Virus record (IMG/VR): IMGVR_UViG_3300009130_000019
Length of the DNA stretch: 64,000 nt
Strand: one strand, 5' to 3'
DNA from: an uncultured virus (IMG/VR IMGVR_UViG_3300009130_000019)
Taxonomy: Duplodnaviria; Heunggongvirae; Uroviricota; Caudoviricetes
Positions 1 to 6,853 of this stretch are shown in pieces. The number at the start of each line of letters is the position of its first letter. Position 1 is the first letter of the stretch. Both the position numbers and the translations under genes were made by a program. The notes beneath the pieces were generated by a model, which saw nothing but the letters and a program-made list of their open reading frames with translations, had not been told where the DNA came from and searched no databases.

Positions 1-99
1 AAGAAAGCTTTAGTGACATAAGCTGGTGCTATAAAGCATGTCATACCATGTGCATCCTCACGGTTCTTGAAAGGAAGCTCTTTTATTTTAATGTCCATA
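1..99 (-). CDS. Hypothetical protein, 5' part only (MDIKIKELPFKNREDAHGMTCFIAPAYVTKAF...), runs off the window
   Basis: ATG at 99 with an A-rich leader (AAACAATTTAATT) just after the stop of the 111..749 gene; open to base 1. Confidence 0.65.
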
Positions 100-110
100 A
101 TTAAATTGTT

Positions 111-749
111 TTAGTCCTCTACTGAGGTGTTTATAAATGTTATTTTGTGATAAGGATAATCCTGTGATGTTCTTGCTGTTCCTGGCACAAGCTTAAAGTA
201 CACAATGGTTTCACAGAGGTTAATTTTCTTTACAGAATTACATAGATCATACCCTTTCATAGACCAGCCAATAGAAACCATATGTTTCTCTAATTGATTT
301 AATGAAGTGTAAGGTTTATCTACAATGCCTTGGTCTGCTGCATTTTCAAACCTTTCATATTCTTGAATGGCATTTTTTATCCACTGTATTATTCTATATC
401 CTTTTATATAATAGTCTTTCCCTTCACTTTCACCGTTTACGGTTTCATAAAAGACTTGTGACCCAGGTACATGTCTATAAGTTTTACCTGACTTAAATAA
501 TTCTAACATTCTTGGATGTTGTTCATCTTTTGATATGCAAGGATATCCATAGGTGTTAAGCCTGCCTCTAAAATATTTATCAGGATATACATTAAATCTT
601 TTAGGGAATAAATCTGGATACTCCTTATATATATTAAGAAGCTTTACACAATCCCCAATTGTGTGGCATCTATAAAGCTTAAGTGCTTTTTGCACATAAT
701 CAGCCAAATATGTGCACTCTTCTACTTTAATTTTTAAGTAATCTTTCAT
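111..749 (-). CDS. Hypothetical early protein, 212 aa
   Basis: Long ORF in the minus-strand gene run; leader hairpin ACCTC-ACTA-GAGGT then ATAAACTAATTTAAG-ATG. Confidence 0.8.
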   Translation of the reverse strand: MKDYLKIKVEECTYLADYVQKALKLYRCHTIGDCVKLLNIYKEYPDLFPKRFNVYPDKYFRGRLNTYGYPCISKDEQHPRMLELFKSGKTYRHVPGSQVFYETVNGESEGKDYYIKGYRIIQWIKNAIQEYERFENAADQGIVDKPYTSLNQLEKHMVSIGWSMKGYDLCNSVKKINLCETIVYFKLVPGTARTSQDYPYHKITFINTSVED

Positions 750-798
750 CTTAAATTAGTTTATACCTCTAGTGAGGTGGTTGATAATATAATTTTAT

Positions 799-1245
799 TT
801 AATTTTCTTCACAAACACTTCTGATTTTGTTTGCTAAAACAATTACTTCAGGTCTACAAATAAAATTATTTGGATATTCAGGCAAACCCTTTAATGAATC
901 TGTATCTCCAAACTTTTGTACAACTGGATCTGTTGTATCAAATTTTTCTCCAATAAGAATGCGAAGTCCTGTTGTTTCGCTTATCTTATATTCATCTTTT
1001 TTGAAAGATTCTGGAGTTGCTGTCCATATAACCCTTGGAATGCACGGAGGTATTTTACATAATAAATCTTTATCCTTGTATAGTCTGTATCCATATACTA
1101 TACAATCAATGTCTTTGAAATTACAATATTCAATATCAAACATGCTTAGTTCATGCGTAACAATATTGTTTTTATGCATTCCATATGCAAAATTTGGATC
1201 TCTGTTTATATCTGTGTCAATAAATAAAACTATCAAATTTTTCAT
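799..1245 (-). CDS. Hypothetical early protein, 148 aa
   Basis: ORF with A-rich leader AAAACAATTTAACT-ATG, co-oriented with neighbours. Confidence 0.8.
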   Translation of the reverse strand: MKNLIVLFIDTDINRDPNFAYGMHKNNIVTHELSMFDIEYCNFKDIDCIVYGYRLYKDKDLLCKIPPCIPRVIWTATPESFKKDEYKISETTGLRILIGEKFDTTDPVVQKFGDTDSLKGLPEYPNNFICRPEVIVLANKIRSVCEEN

Positions 1246-1272
1246 AGTTAAATTGTTTTAAATGTTTAATAA

Positions 1273-1638
1273 TTAGTTACTAAATTCTGCAATAACTCTT
1301 TCCACAAATTTATCCTCCTCATTAAGGTCCGATCTATGGGTGTAAAAAGAACCAGAATGACAACATGGGCAGTCCTCCTCCCAAAACATTACTTCAAAAC
1401 CCGGACAGCTATGTTGTTTACTTCCAGTGTCTTTATACACAGATAATCCATCTGTGTTTCCTATTCTACAAAACTTGCCATAGGTAACTATCCCACCTTT
1501 TATTTTCCCATAAATAATTCTACCAGTTTCACTCCCCCATTTTTCATGACTGTATTCTTCATGGTAATTTTCTACCTCATTGATGATAAGAACAATATTA
1601 TGGTCACGCAATTTTTTAACATTTTTTTTACTAAGCAT
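1273..1638 (-). CDS. Hypothetical early protein, 121 aa, with a Cys/His cluster (HSC...CPCCH)
   Basis: ORF; leader hairpin GTCAGGG-CTAGTAA-CCCTGGC followed by ACTAAACTA. Confidence 0.8.
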   Translation of the reverse strand: MLSKKNVKKLRDHNIVLIINEVENYHEEYSHEKWGSETGRIIYGKIKGGIVTYGKFCRIGNTDGLSVYKDTGSKQHSCPGFEVMFWEEDCPCCHSGSFYTHRSDLNEEDKFVERVIAEFSN

Positions 1639-1690
1639 AATATAAATAGTTTAGTGCCAGGGTTACTAGCCCTGACGTTTAATAATAAGT

Positions 1691-1831
1691 TTACTTATGG
1701 TTACCCGCACATAGAAGGGAAAGCCCTGCACTGATAAGCAACCACACAATGAAGCATGAAGGAACACCTAGCATATAAAATGCAAAGGTTAAACCTCCTA
1801 CTATTGTTAGGAATTCTATAAGCTCTTCCAT
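1691..1831 (-). CDS. Small membrane protein, 46 aa (MEELIEFLTIVGGLTFAFYMLGVPSCFIVWLLISAGLSLLCAGNHK)
   Basis: C-terminal part of track ORF 1691..2074; internal ATG at 1831 has an AAAAACTATATT leader; two hydrophobic segments; the longer start overlaps the 1947..2222 gene. Confidence 0.6.
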   Translation of the reverse strand: MEELIEFLTIVGGLTFAFYMLGVPSCFIVWLLISAGLSLLCAGNHK

Positions 1832-1946
1832 AATATAGTTTTTAAATACACTAATCTTACTTGCTATATTAGTGCAGAACCTGAAGGGATTATCCTCGGC
1901 AAGCAGGTATATTGGTTTTGCGCCTGATCTAACAGACTGTTTGAAT

Positions 1947-2222
1947 TTAAAGTGTTTCATCCGCCCCTTCTGCTCCACTAGTGAGGTAGTCCTCATAGTC
2001 AGCTTGAAGGGTTGGAAATTGGATGACTCTATAGTAGGATTTCTCCTCAAAAACTTGAGAAATCTTACCGTCAATTAGACAGTAGCCCTCATTAGTGAGG
2101 ACTGCTGACTGAAATGCCGCCTCTTCATCAGCGGTCATTTCAGATTTAGGTAGATCACCTCTCCAGGAATAGCCTTCATCCTTGGAAATGTTTCTGGCGA
2201 ATAAATAATGTTCTACTTTCAT
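1947..2222 (-). CDS. Hypothetical acidic protein, 91 aa
   Basis: ATGA stop/start overlap with the upstream gene ending at 2219. Confidence 0.75.
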   Translation of the reverse strand: MKVEHYLFARNISKDEGYSWRGDLPKSEMTADEEAAFQSAVLTNEGYCLIDGKISQVFEEKSYYRVIQFPTLQADYEDYLTSGAEGADETL

Positions 2223-2380
2223 GATTTCTTAAATTTTTTGGTTATTAAAATTATTGCTATTGTTTGTGCTGCTTCACGCACATCATCTGCCCACTCACAA
2301 TTAGGCGTGTGATCTAACTGATCAGCTATATCATCAAGCCTTTCAATTAGATCTCTTAATTTTGATTCTTCTAGTGTCAT
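2219..2380 (-). CDS. Hypothetical helical protein, 53 aa (MTLEESKLRDLIERLDDIADQL...)
   Basis: ATG at 2380 has an A-rich leader; the track start at 2419 lies inside a hairpin. Confidence 0.65.
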   Translation of the reverse strand: MTLEESKLRDLIERLDDIADQLDHTPNCEWADDVREAAQTIAIILITKKFKKS

Positions 2381-2401
2381 GTGTTTTATATTTTTATAAG
2401 T

Positions 2402-2434
2402 AAAAAAATACCTGTACATCCTATGTGCACAGGT
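2402..2434 (-). terminator. Intrinsic terminator-like hairpin ACCTGTGCA-CATAGGA-TGTACAGGT followed by A and T7
   Basis: 9-bp stem with a G-U pair on the minus strand and a U-tract. Confidence 0.6.
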
Positions 2435-2490
2435 TTAAAAGGTGGTCAAATGTAAGGCAAGACCAGACCTCCAAGACTTAATACCAACCT

Positions 2491-2530
2491 TCAGTAGCCA
2501 CAGGATTTCAACCCCGCAATATGTGACTAC
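2491..2530 (-). ncRNA. Degenerate tRNA-like minihelix (element C)
   Basis: GTAGTCACA/TGTGGCTAC 9-bp stem enclosing GGGG-TTGAAAT-CC (T-loop-like); acceptor arm related to elements A and B. Confidence 0.35.
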
Positions 2531-2600
2531 TTAAATTGGTGTGACTCAGCGTCAGGTAGCAAGAGCATCCCTAAGAATGCTAATGCAACTAAGAAGACAA

Positions 2601-2738
2601 TCACTTCTTCTTAGTTTTGACTTTAACCTGCTTAACAGGTTGTAAAGTTTTTCCATCTCTGCTTACAATATGAGATGGTTTCTTAACGCTGATAAAATCC
2701 TGTACAAAACACAAGTAGGCTTTATTAAGACCTTTCAT
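2601..2738 (-). CDS. Small basic protein, 45 aa (MKGLNKAYLCFVQDFISVKKPSH...KTKKK)
   Basis: Internal ATG of track ORF 2601..2843; short, so support is modest. Confidence 0.4.
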   Translation of the reverse strand: MKGLNKAYLCFVQDFISVKKPSHIVSRDGKTLQPVKQVKVKTKKK

Positions 2739-2987
2739 AACAAATAAATTAATGTGTTTCCTAAAAAGAATAAACCACCATGTTGCTGGAAACACAGTAA
2801 CACAGCATGGTGGTATTATCTTAAGTGAATACATTCCCCTCAATGGCGTCTACTTTAGTAGCAGACCACCAAGAAGGGAGATAGCCGAGATGGTTTTCAA
2901 GATGCATCTCGACATCTTTCTCTTTTAAAGTCCAGATGAAGCACTGTTGTACTTCGTCCTCCATCCAGACTATTCTATAGAGCATCA

Positions 2988-4205
2988 TTAAAATCTGAAT
3001 TTTATAGACTCCATAAACTCAGGAGTCATTTTAAATTCAATGTCAGCAATTTCAGTAGTAAACACCTCTTCCCATGTATTAAAATCATATAAAAGATTCC
3101 AAAAATGGAAATATTTGTTATCAAGTAACCAAAGCTTAGTCCCTACTAAGCAGGAGCTAGTCATTTTCTTGAAGGATCTGAAAGAAATAATTCCTCTTTC
3201 AAGGATATTGTTTCTTTCCTCTCTGTTGAGGATTTTTTCTTGAAGTTTTTTCAACCCCTTTTTTAGAAAATAATTTTCTACATGGGTTTCAAACCCTTCA
3301 TCTGTCACCCAGATGAAGTATTTTTTGTTTACTTTGGCAGCAGAAAACTTACCGAAAGTTTTAATCCTACCAGAATGAACAACCCCCTCTGATTTGCAGT
3401 GGAGGAATTTACTTCCAATACAAACTTTTCCAATAGAAGTATTGTGGGATTCAAAATCCCAATAAATTCCGCTTAAGGATTTATAATATTCCCTCCAACG
3501 TAAATTTTTCAAGCACCAGACTGAGAGCCTGTTGGAAACAATATTTAGTTTTCCTTCGGAATGGCAATTTAATTCTTGCCTTTCCTTAAACTTCTCATGA
3601 TCAGCAACCCTTTTTATGAAATTCTTATTTCCATGATCAACAAGATGATGGAGAATCTCGACATTGTATTTAGCCCACTCCATGTGAGCTTTGTTTTTAA
3701 AATCAAAATTAGCTGCAATCTTTCTATGCAGCCATTTATTTTCTCCAATATATTTATAACGCTTTACCTTTTTTGCCAGCGTAAATAAACTGGCACCAGT
3801 TTCGATGCCGTGCCTGTTTAATTCATGAAGCATCTCTGCTCCACAATGAAGAAGTAGGTAGTCAGAAAAACTACAGTCATCATTGACTGTAATTAAATGA
3901 TTATATCTTGTGGGCACGTAATCCCACCTCTGCCAGAGGGCAGCCTGCTGAAACTCAGCAGCCTTTAATGGAGATAAGCCCTCAAACCCTTCATAAGGGC
4001 TTGGGCCATAGACTCCACAAGAGTCTAGGCTGCCGCCATGTGAAATAAAAACCTGCATATCTTCAGCAGAAATTTTCAACCCTTCTTTAGGGTAGCGTGT
4101 GAGCCACCCTCCTTTATCCGCCAACCCATAATATGGGTGTAGCTCTAGGTTTGAAAATTTTTCTTCAGACACTTGGTTGAGAGCTTTAATTATATTCATT
4201 TTCAT
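2988..4205 (-). CDS. Hypothetical early protein, 405 aa
   Basis: Long ORF, conserved leader hairpin upstream, 12-bp hairpin downstream (2930-2970); no motif recognised. Confidence 0.85.
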   Translation of the reverse strand: MKMNIIKALNQVSEEKFSNLELHPYYGLADKGGWLTRYPKEGLKISAEDMQVFISHGGSLDSCGVYGPSPYEGFEGLSPLKAAEFQQAALWQRWDYVPTRYNHLITVNDDCSFSDYLLLHCGAEMLHELNRHGIETGASLFTLAKKVKRYKYIGENKWLHRKIAANFDFKNKAHMEWAKYNVEILHHLVDHGNKNFIKRVADHEKFKERQELNCHSEGKLNIVSNRLSVWCLKNLRWREYYKSLSGIYWDFESHNTSIGKVCIGSKFLHCKSEGVVHSGRIKTFGKFSAAKVNKKYFIWVTDEGFETHVENYFLKKGLKKLQEKILNREERNNILERGIISFRSFKKMTSSCLVGTKLWLLDNKYFHFWNLLYDFNTWEEVFTTEIADIEFKMTPEFMESIKFRF

Positions 4206-4250
4206 AGTTGATAATGGTTTGTAGTGCTACACCCTATGAAGTGATGCAAC
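4201..4250 (-). promoter_or_regulatory. Conserved leader hairpin, copy 1 (ACTTCATAGGGT ... TACAAACCA ... AACTATGAAAA)
   Basis: Three sequence blocks shared with 5090-5137 at nearly the same spacing to the ATG; flanking stems differ in sequence. Confidence 0.6.
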
Positions 4251-4315
4251 ACGGATTTATAAAATATTTAAATCCATCTTATATTGGAATGGTTAAGTAG
4301 AGGACAAAGTCCTGA

Positions 4316-4382
4316 TAGTAGTCACAACAGGGATCGAACCTGCTTGTATAAATATACTCTCCAATGTAACCTATTTGTGAAG
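4316..4382 (-). ncRNA. tRNA-like RNA with a truncated anticodon arm (element B)
   Basis: TCACA/TGTGA acceptor pairing, D-loop-like TAGGTTACATTGGAGA, T-arm GCAGG-TTCGATC-CCTGT, 3' end TGTGACT-A-CTA. Confidence 0.55.
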
Positions 4383-4764
4383 TAACGGGACAGCGGCACC
4401 CCTACAGCTGTCCCTTGATTTGAATCAGATTACTCCATGATAATTATTTTTAGTGAATAATAGCACCTCAACAAATAGGTTTATTCTTTGTTACTGCCAT
4501 AAGCAAAGAAAACTATTGGTGCAAGATTTAGAGAGAAGGATTTAACTGAAAACTTGGCAGAAAGTCTTTTATAAAATAAAATATAGGACCATCACCAGAC
4601 CATTGCATCACCGCTATAACTATTTGTTTAACCATTTATACCCGCTAAGGTTCCTTCTCTTGGTTAAGTTTATAGCAGCTACTCAATAGACCTGCTTGAA
4701 AATTTATGGGCAAAAGCCCAGGTTAACAAAATGTGCGTTGTCAGTATGCGCACCCCACTATTTA

Positions 4765-5094
4765 TTAAACTGCCCCACAATCCCAACACGCCCCCCAAGA
4801 AGGGTCGTGGTTTTTAATAATTTCCCCTTTATAGCTGATCACCTCGGCATCAGCTACAATAGTACCACCACAAAAACTACAAGAACCAAGTTCTTTAGTT
4901 TTTTTTTCTACATTCAAGTCTTCTTTGGTTAATTTTTCTATGTAATAACCATCTTGAAGATGGCCTTGCCCATCACCGTAGGCAAGATAAATTTCATGAA
5001 TATCATCTTCATTCAGGAAAAGCACCTCTCTTTTCCCGTTGATGTTTGTTACGTAAAATGATTTCTGTTTTGTTCTAAAAATTGAATTTTTCAT
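4765..5094 (-). CDS. Hypothetical protein with C-terminal Zn-ribbon (CSFC...CWDC), 109 aa
   Basis: Two CxxC pairs; start moved to ATG 5094, which matches the conserved leader spacing. Confidence 0.75.
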   Translation of the reverse strand: MKNSIFRTKQKSFYVTNINGKREVLFLNEDDIHEIYLAYGDGQGHLQDGYYIEKLTKEDLNVEKKTKELGSCSFCGGTIVADAEVISYKGEIIKNHDPSWGACWDCGAV

Positions 5095-5137
5095 AGTTAA
5101 TTTGGTTTGTACTACCATACCCTATGAAGTATGGCAG
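5090..5137 (-). promoter_or_regulatory. Conserved leader hairpin, copy 2 (CTGCCATAC-TTCATAGG-GTATGGTAG)
   Basis: 9-bp stem; same 12-mer and downstream blocks as 4201-4250. Confidence 0.6.
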
Positions 5138-5151
5138 GATGTTAATAAAAA

Positions 5152-5207
5152 ATAGAACCCACAGCCTGACTTGAACAGGCAGCACACCTATATTAGTGGT
5201 GTGGGTT
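5152..5207 (-). ncRNA. tRNA-like minihelix RNA lacking D and anticodon arms (element A)
   Basis: Perfect ACCCACA/TGTGGGT acceptor stem stacked on perfect T-arm GCCTG-TTCAAGT-CAGGC, 19-nt connector, 3' end T-CTA. Confidence 0.6.
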
Positions 5208-5210
5208 ATT

Positions 5211-5286
5211 CTTAGGCTACCAAGCTTGTGGACACCTACTTCTTATAAGCAGGTTATATCCATCCCACAAGCAGATGTAGCCTAAG
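5211..5286 (-). ncRNA. Long structured hairpin, candidate ncRNA
   Basis: CTTAGGCTAC/GTAGCCTAAG and GCTTGTGG/CCACAAGC stems plus inner ACCT/AGGT pairing; non-coding context; strand inferred from neighbours. Confidence 0.5.
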
Positions 5287-5554
5287 TAATCATAGACTAC
5301 AACTGTATTGTGGTTAGCTTGGTAGCTTGTCAGGCGTGTTGCCTTACTTTGAGTAAAGCTTTTCCACACCTCGCAAATTCCTAATTTCTTCATCCTATAT
5401 ATTTTTAAGGATTAAAGATTCCTATCAACACCAAGCCCTGATAGTATAGGCTTTCCTCCTACAAGCACTTACATCTTGATTCTCGGAGGACTGTAGAACC
5501 ACCCAAGGGTTTTGCTCCCCTGCAAGTCAGCATCTAGCTGAGGTGGTTAAGTTT

Positions 5555-5809
5555 TTAGAATGGTAGTGTGTCATAATACCACCAATTACCTAAAAACTTA
5601 TTTGCTGCAGTCATTTCTGCAGCAGTCATGTTAAATACCACAGTCGGCTGTGGCCAATTCATGTTTGGCTCATGCGCCTGTGTTGCCACAGACACAATAG
5701 AACCAAATTTAGCAACCCACCCCTGAGAGGTAAGCTGCAAGTTTTCACAGTCTACTGATGTGCCACAATTACGTGTGGCATAAGTGGAAATTTTTACTAT
5801 AACTTCCAT
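5555..5809 (-). CDS. Hypothetical protein, 84 aa (MEVIVKISTYATRN...), first gene of the leftward block
   Basis: Internal ATG of track ORF 5555..5848 with AT-rich leader. Confidence 0.6.
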   Translation of the reverse strand: MEVIVKISTYATRNCGTSVDCENLQLTSQGWVAKFGSIVSVATQAHEPNMNWPQPTVVFNMTAAEMTAANKFLGNWWYYDTLPF

Positions 5810-5834
5810 AATACATAAGGTTTTGTATCCCCTT

Positions 5835-6121
5835 ATACACATGTACAAGAGGATAGATTAATAAAATAAATACATACATAGATACTCAGCAGCAGAAGAT
5901 CAGAGTTCTTGTCTCCTTGCTTGCTTCCATGTATGTAAGCATACACATGCACATCAAACTGAATGCTTGACTTGTACACATGTATACCCTTGCAACAAAA
6001 AATTTTTGTGCAAGACATGCAGAGTTGCCCTATGTCAATCATAGGGGGTACACTACACGGAAGCAAAACCCGGGGGCAAAATATTATAGACCCCCACACA
6101 TTTCAACACACACATTTCAAC
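5835..6121. repeat. Repeat-rich divergent intergenic region (TACACATG x3; CACACATTTCAAC x2)
   Basis: TACACATG at 5836, 5942, 5975; 13-mer at 6095-6107 and 6109-6121; coincides with the strand and skew switch. Confidence 0.6.
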
Positions 6122-6162
6122 GGGTACATATTTTGTTATGTTCACATAAATAGTTTAGAGTG

Positions 6163-6194
6163 TTTGGGATATTGTTAATAAAGTGATATATTTG
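6163..6194 (+). promoter_or_regulatory. Bacteroidota sigma-A type promoter
   Basis: TTTG (6163-6166), 20-nt spacer, TATATTTG (6187-6194), matching the -33/-7 consensus TTTG-N19-21-TAnnTTTG; ATG at 6208. Confidence 0.75.
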
Positions 6195-6207
6195 GCAAAA
6201 AGGGATT

Positions 6208-6495
6208 ATGGCAAAAAGAAAGAGTATACGTGTTAGTGCAGAGGAGGCAGAGGAGATTATGCGTGAGGCATATGACAACAGTTACAGGTTATTGATGGGT
6301 GAGGTTAGTTACAGGGGTTTAGAGCGGGAGTGCAGGGAGAAGGACATAGATATGTATTTAACATATTATAGTGATATTGGGCCAACATTAGAGGATGTTG
6401 AGGATATGTTATTGTGGTATGAGGAAAAGGAGTGGTATGAGAGGTGTGGTGTTATAAAGAGGTATATAGACAAGAAGTTTAAGAAAGGCAAGTAA
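6208..6495 (+). CDS. Hypothetical protein with a UvrB/UvrC-like helical motif (EEKEWYERCGVIKR)
   Basis: ORF directly after promoter; motif resemblance by eye. Confidence 0.65.
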   Translation: MAKRKSIRVSAEEAEEIMREAYDNSYRLLMGEVSYRGLERECREKDIDMYLTYYSDIGPTLEDVEDMLLWYEEKEWYERCGVIKRYIDKKFKKGK

Positions 6496-6498
6496 ACT

Positions 6499-6530
6499 TT
6501 TGGAGTTTAGATTTAAATTAATTATATTTG
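6499..6530 (+). promoter_or_regulatory. Bacteroidota sigma-A type promoter
   Basis: TTTG (6499-6502), 20-nt spacer, TATATTTG (6523-6530). Confidence 0.75.
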
Positions 6531-6558
6531 GATTATTAAATAACAAAAGCAATATAAG

Positions 6559-6780
6559 ATGGAAAGTACAGAAACAATGGATGATGTTAAGGAGATGAGC
6601 AAGGAGGAGTTACGTGAGAGGCGTAAAAAGGTTACAGAGTATTATGAGGATCACATTCCTCACTTGAAGGTTCAGTTGGAGTATGAGAGGTTATTAACAG
6701 AGATAGAGGAGAACAGGGCAAAGCGTGCACAGGCACAGAAATTTTTGGCACAGATCATGGCACCTGAAGAGAAGGCATAA
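6559..6780 (+). CDS. Small coiled-coil protein, 73 aa
   Basis: ORF bracketed by its own promoter and terminator. Confidence 0.8.
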   Translation: MESTETMDDVKEMSKEELRERRKKVTEYYEDHIPHLKVQLEYERLLTEIEENRAKRAQAQKFLAQIMAPEEKA

Positions 6781-6810
6781 TTACCGTGGGGGTAATTATT
6801 TTGCATAGTT

Positions 6811-6842
6811 AGGGGTGGGGAGTATTTCTTCACCCTTTTTTT
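6811..6842 (+). terminator. Intrinsic terminator
   Basis: AGGGGTGGGGA/TCTTCACCCTT stem with G-U pairs followed by a T-run. Confidence 0.7.
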
Positions 6843-6853
6843 AAAATATAATC

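Noticed and set aside
2491..5207. Calling the T-loop elements functional tRNA genes
   Set aside because: None has a 5-bp/7-nt anticodon arm or an encoded CCA; reported as tRNA-like RNAs instead
4311..5446. CCTGATAGTA at 4311 and 5437 as a hammerhead ribozyme core
   Set aside because: Core would need CUGANGA plus a GAAA strand in a three-way junction; not present, and a two-copy 10-mer may be chance
5835..6121. CRISPR array or mini-array
   Set aside because: Repeats are 8-13 nt, irregularly spaced, with no repeat-spacer periodicity; the Cas4-like nuclease is a usual stand-alone phage gene
302..6178. Plus-strand ORFs in the early region and the two ORFs across 5833-6178
   Set aside because: Antisense to better genes or translations of the repeat-rich intergenic DNA
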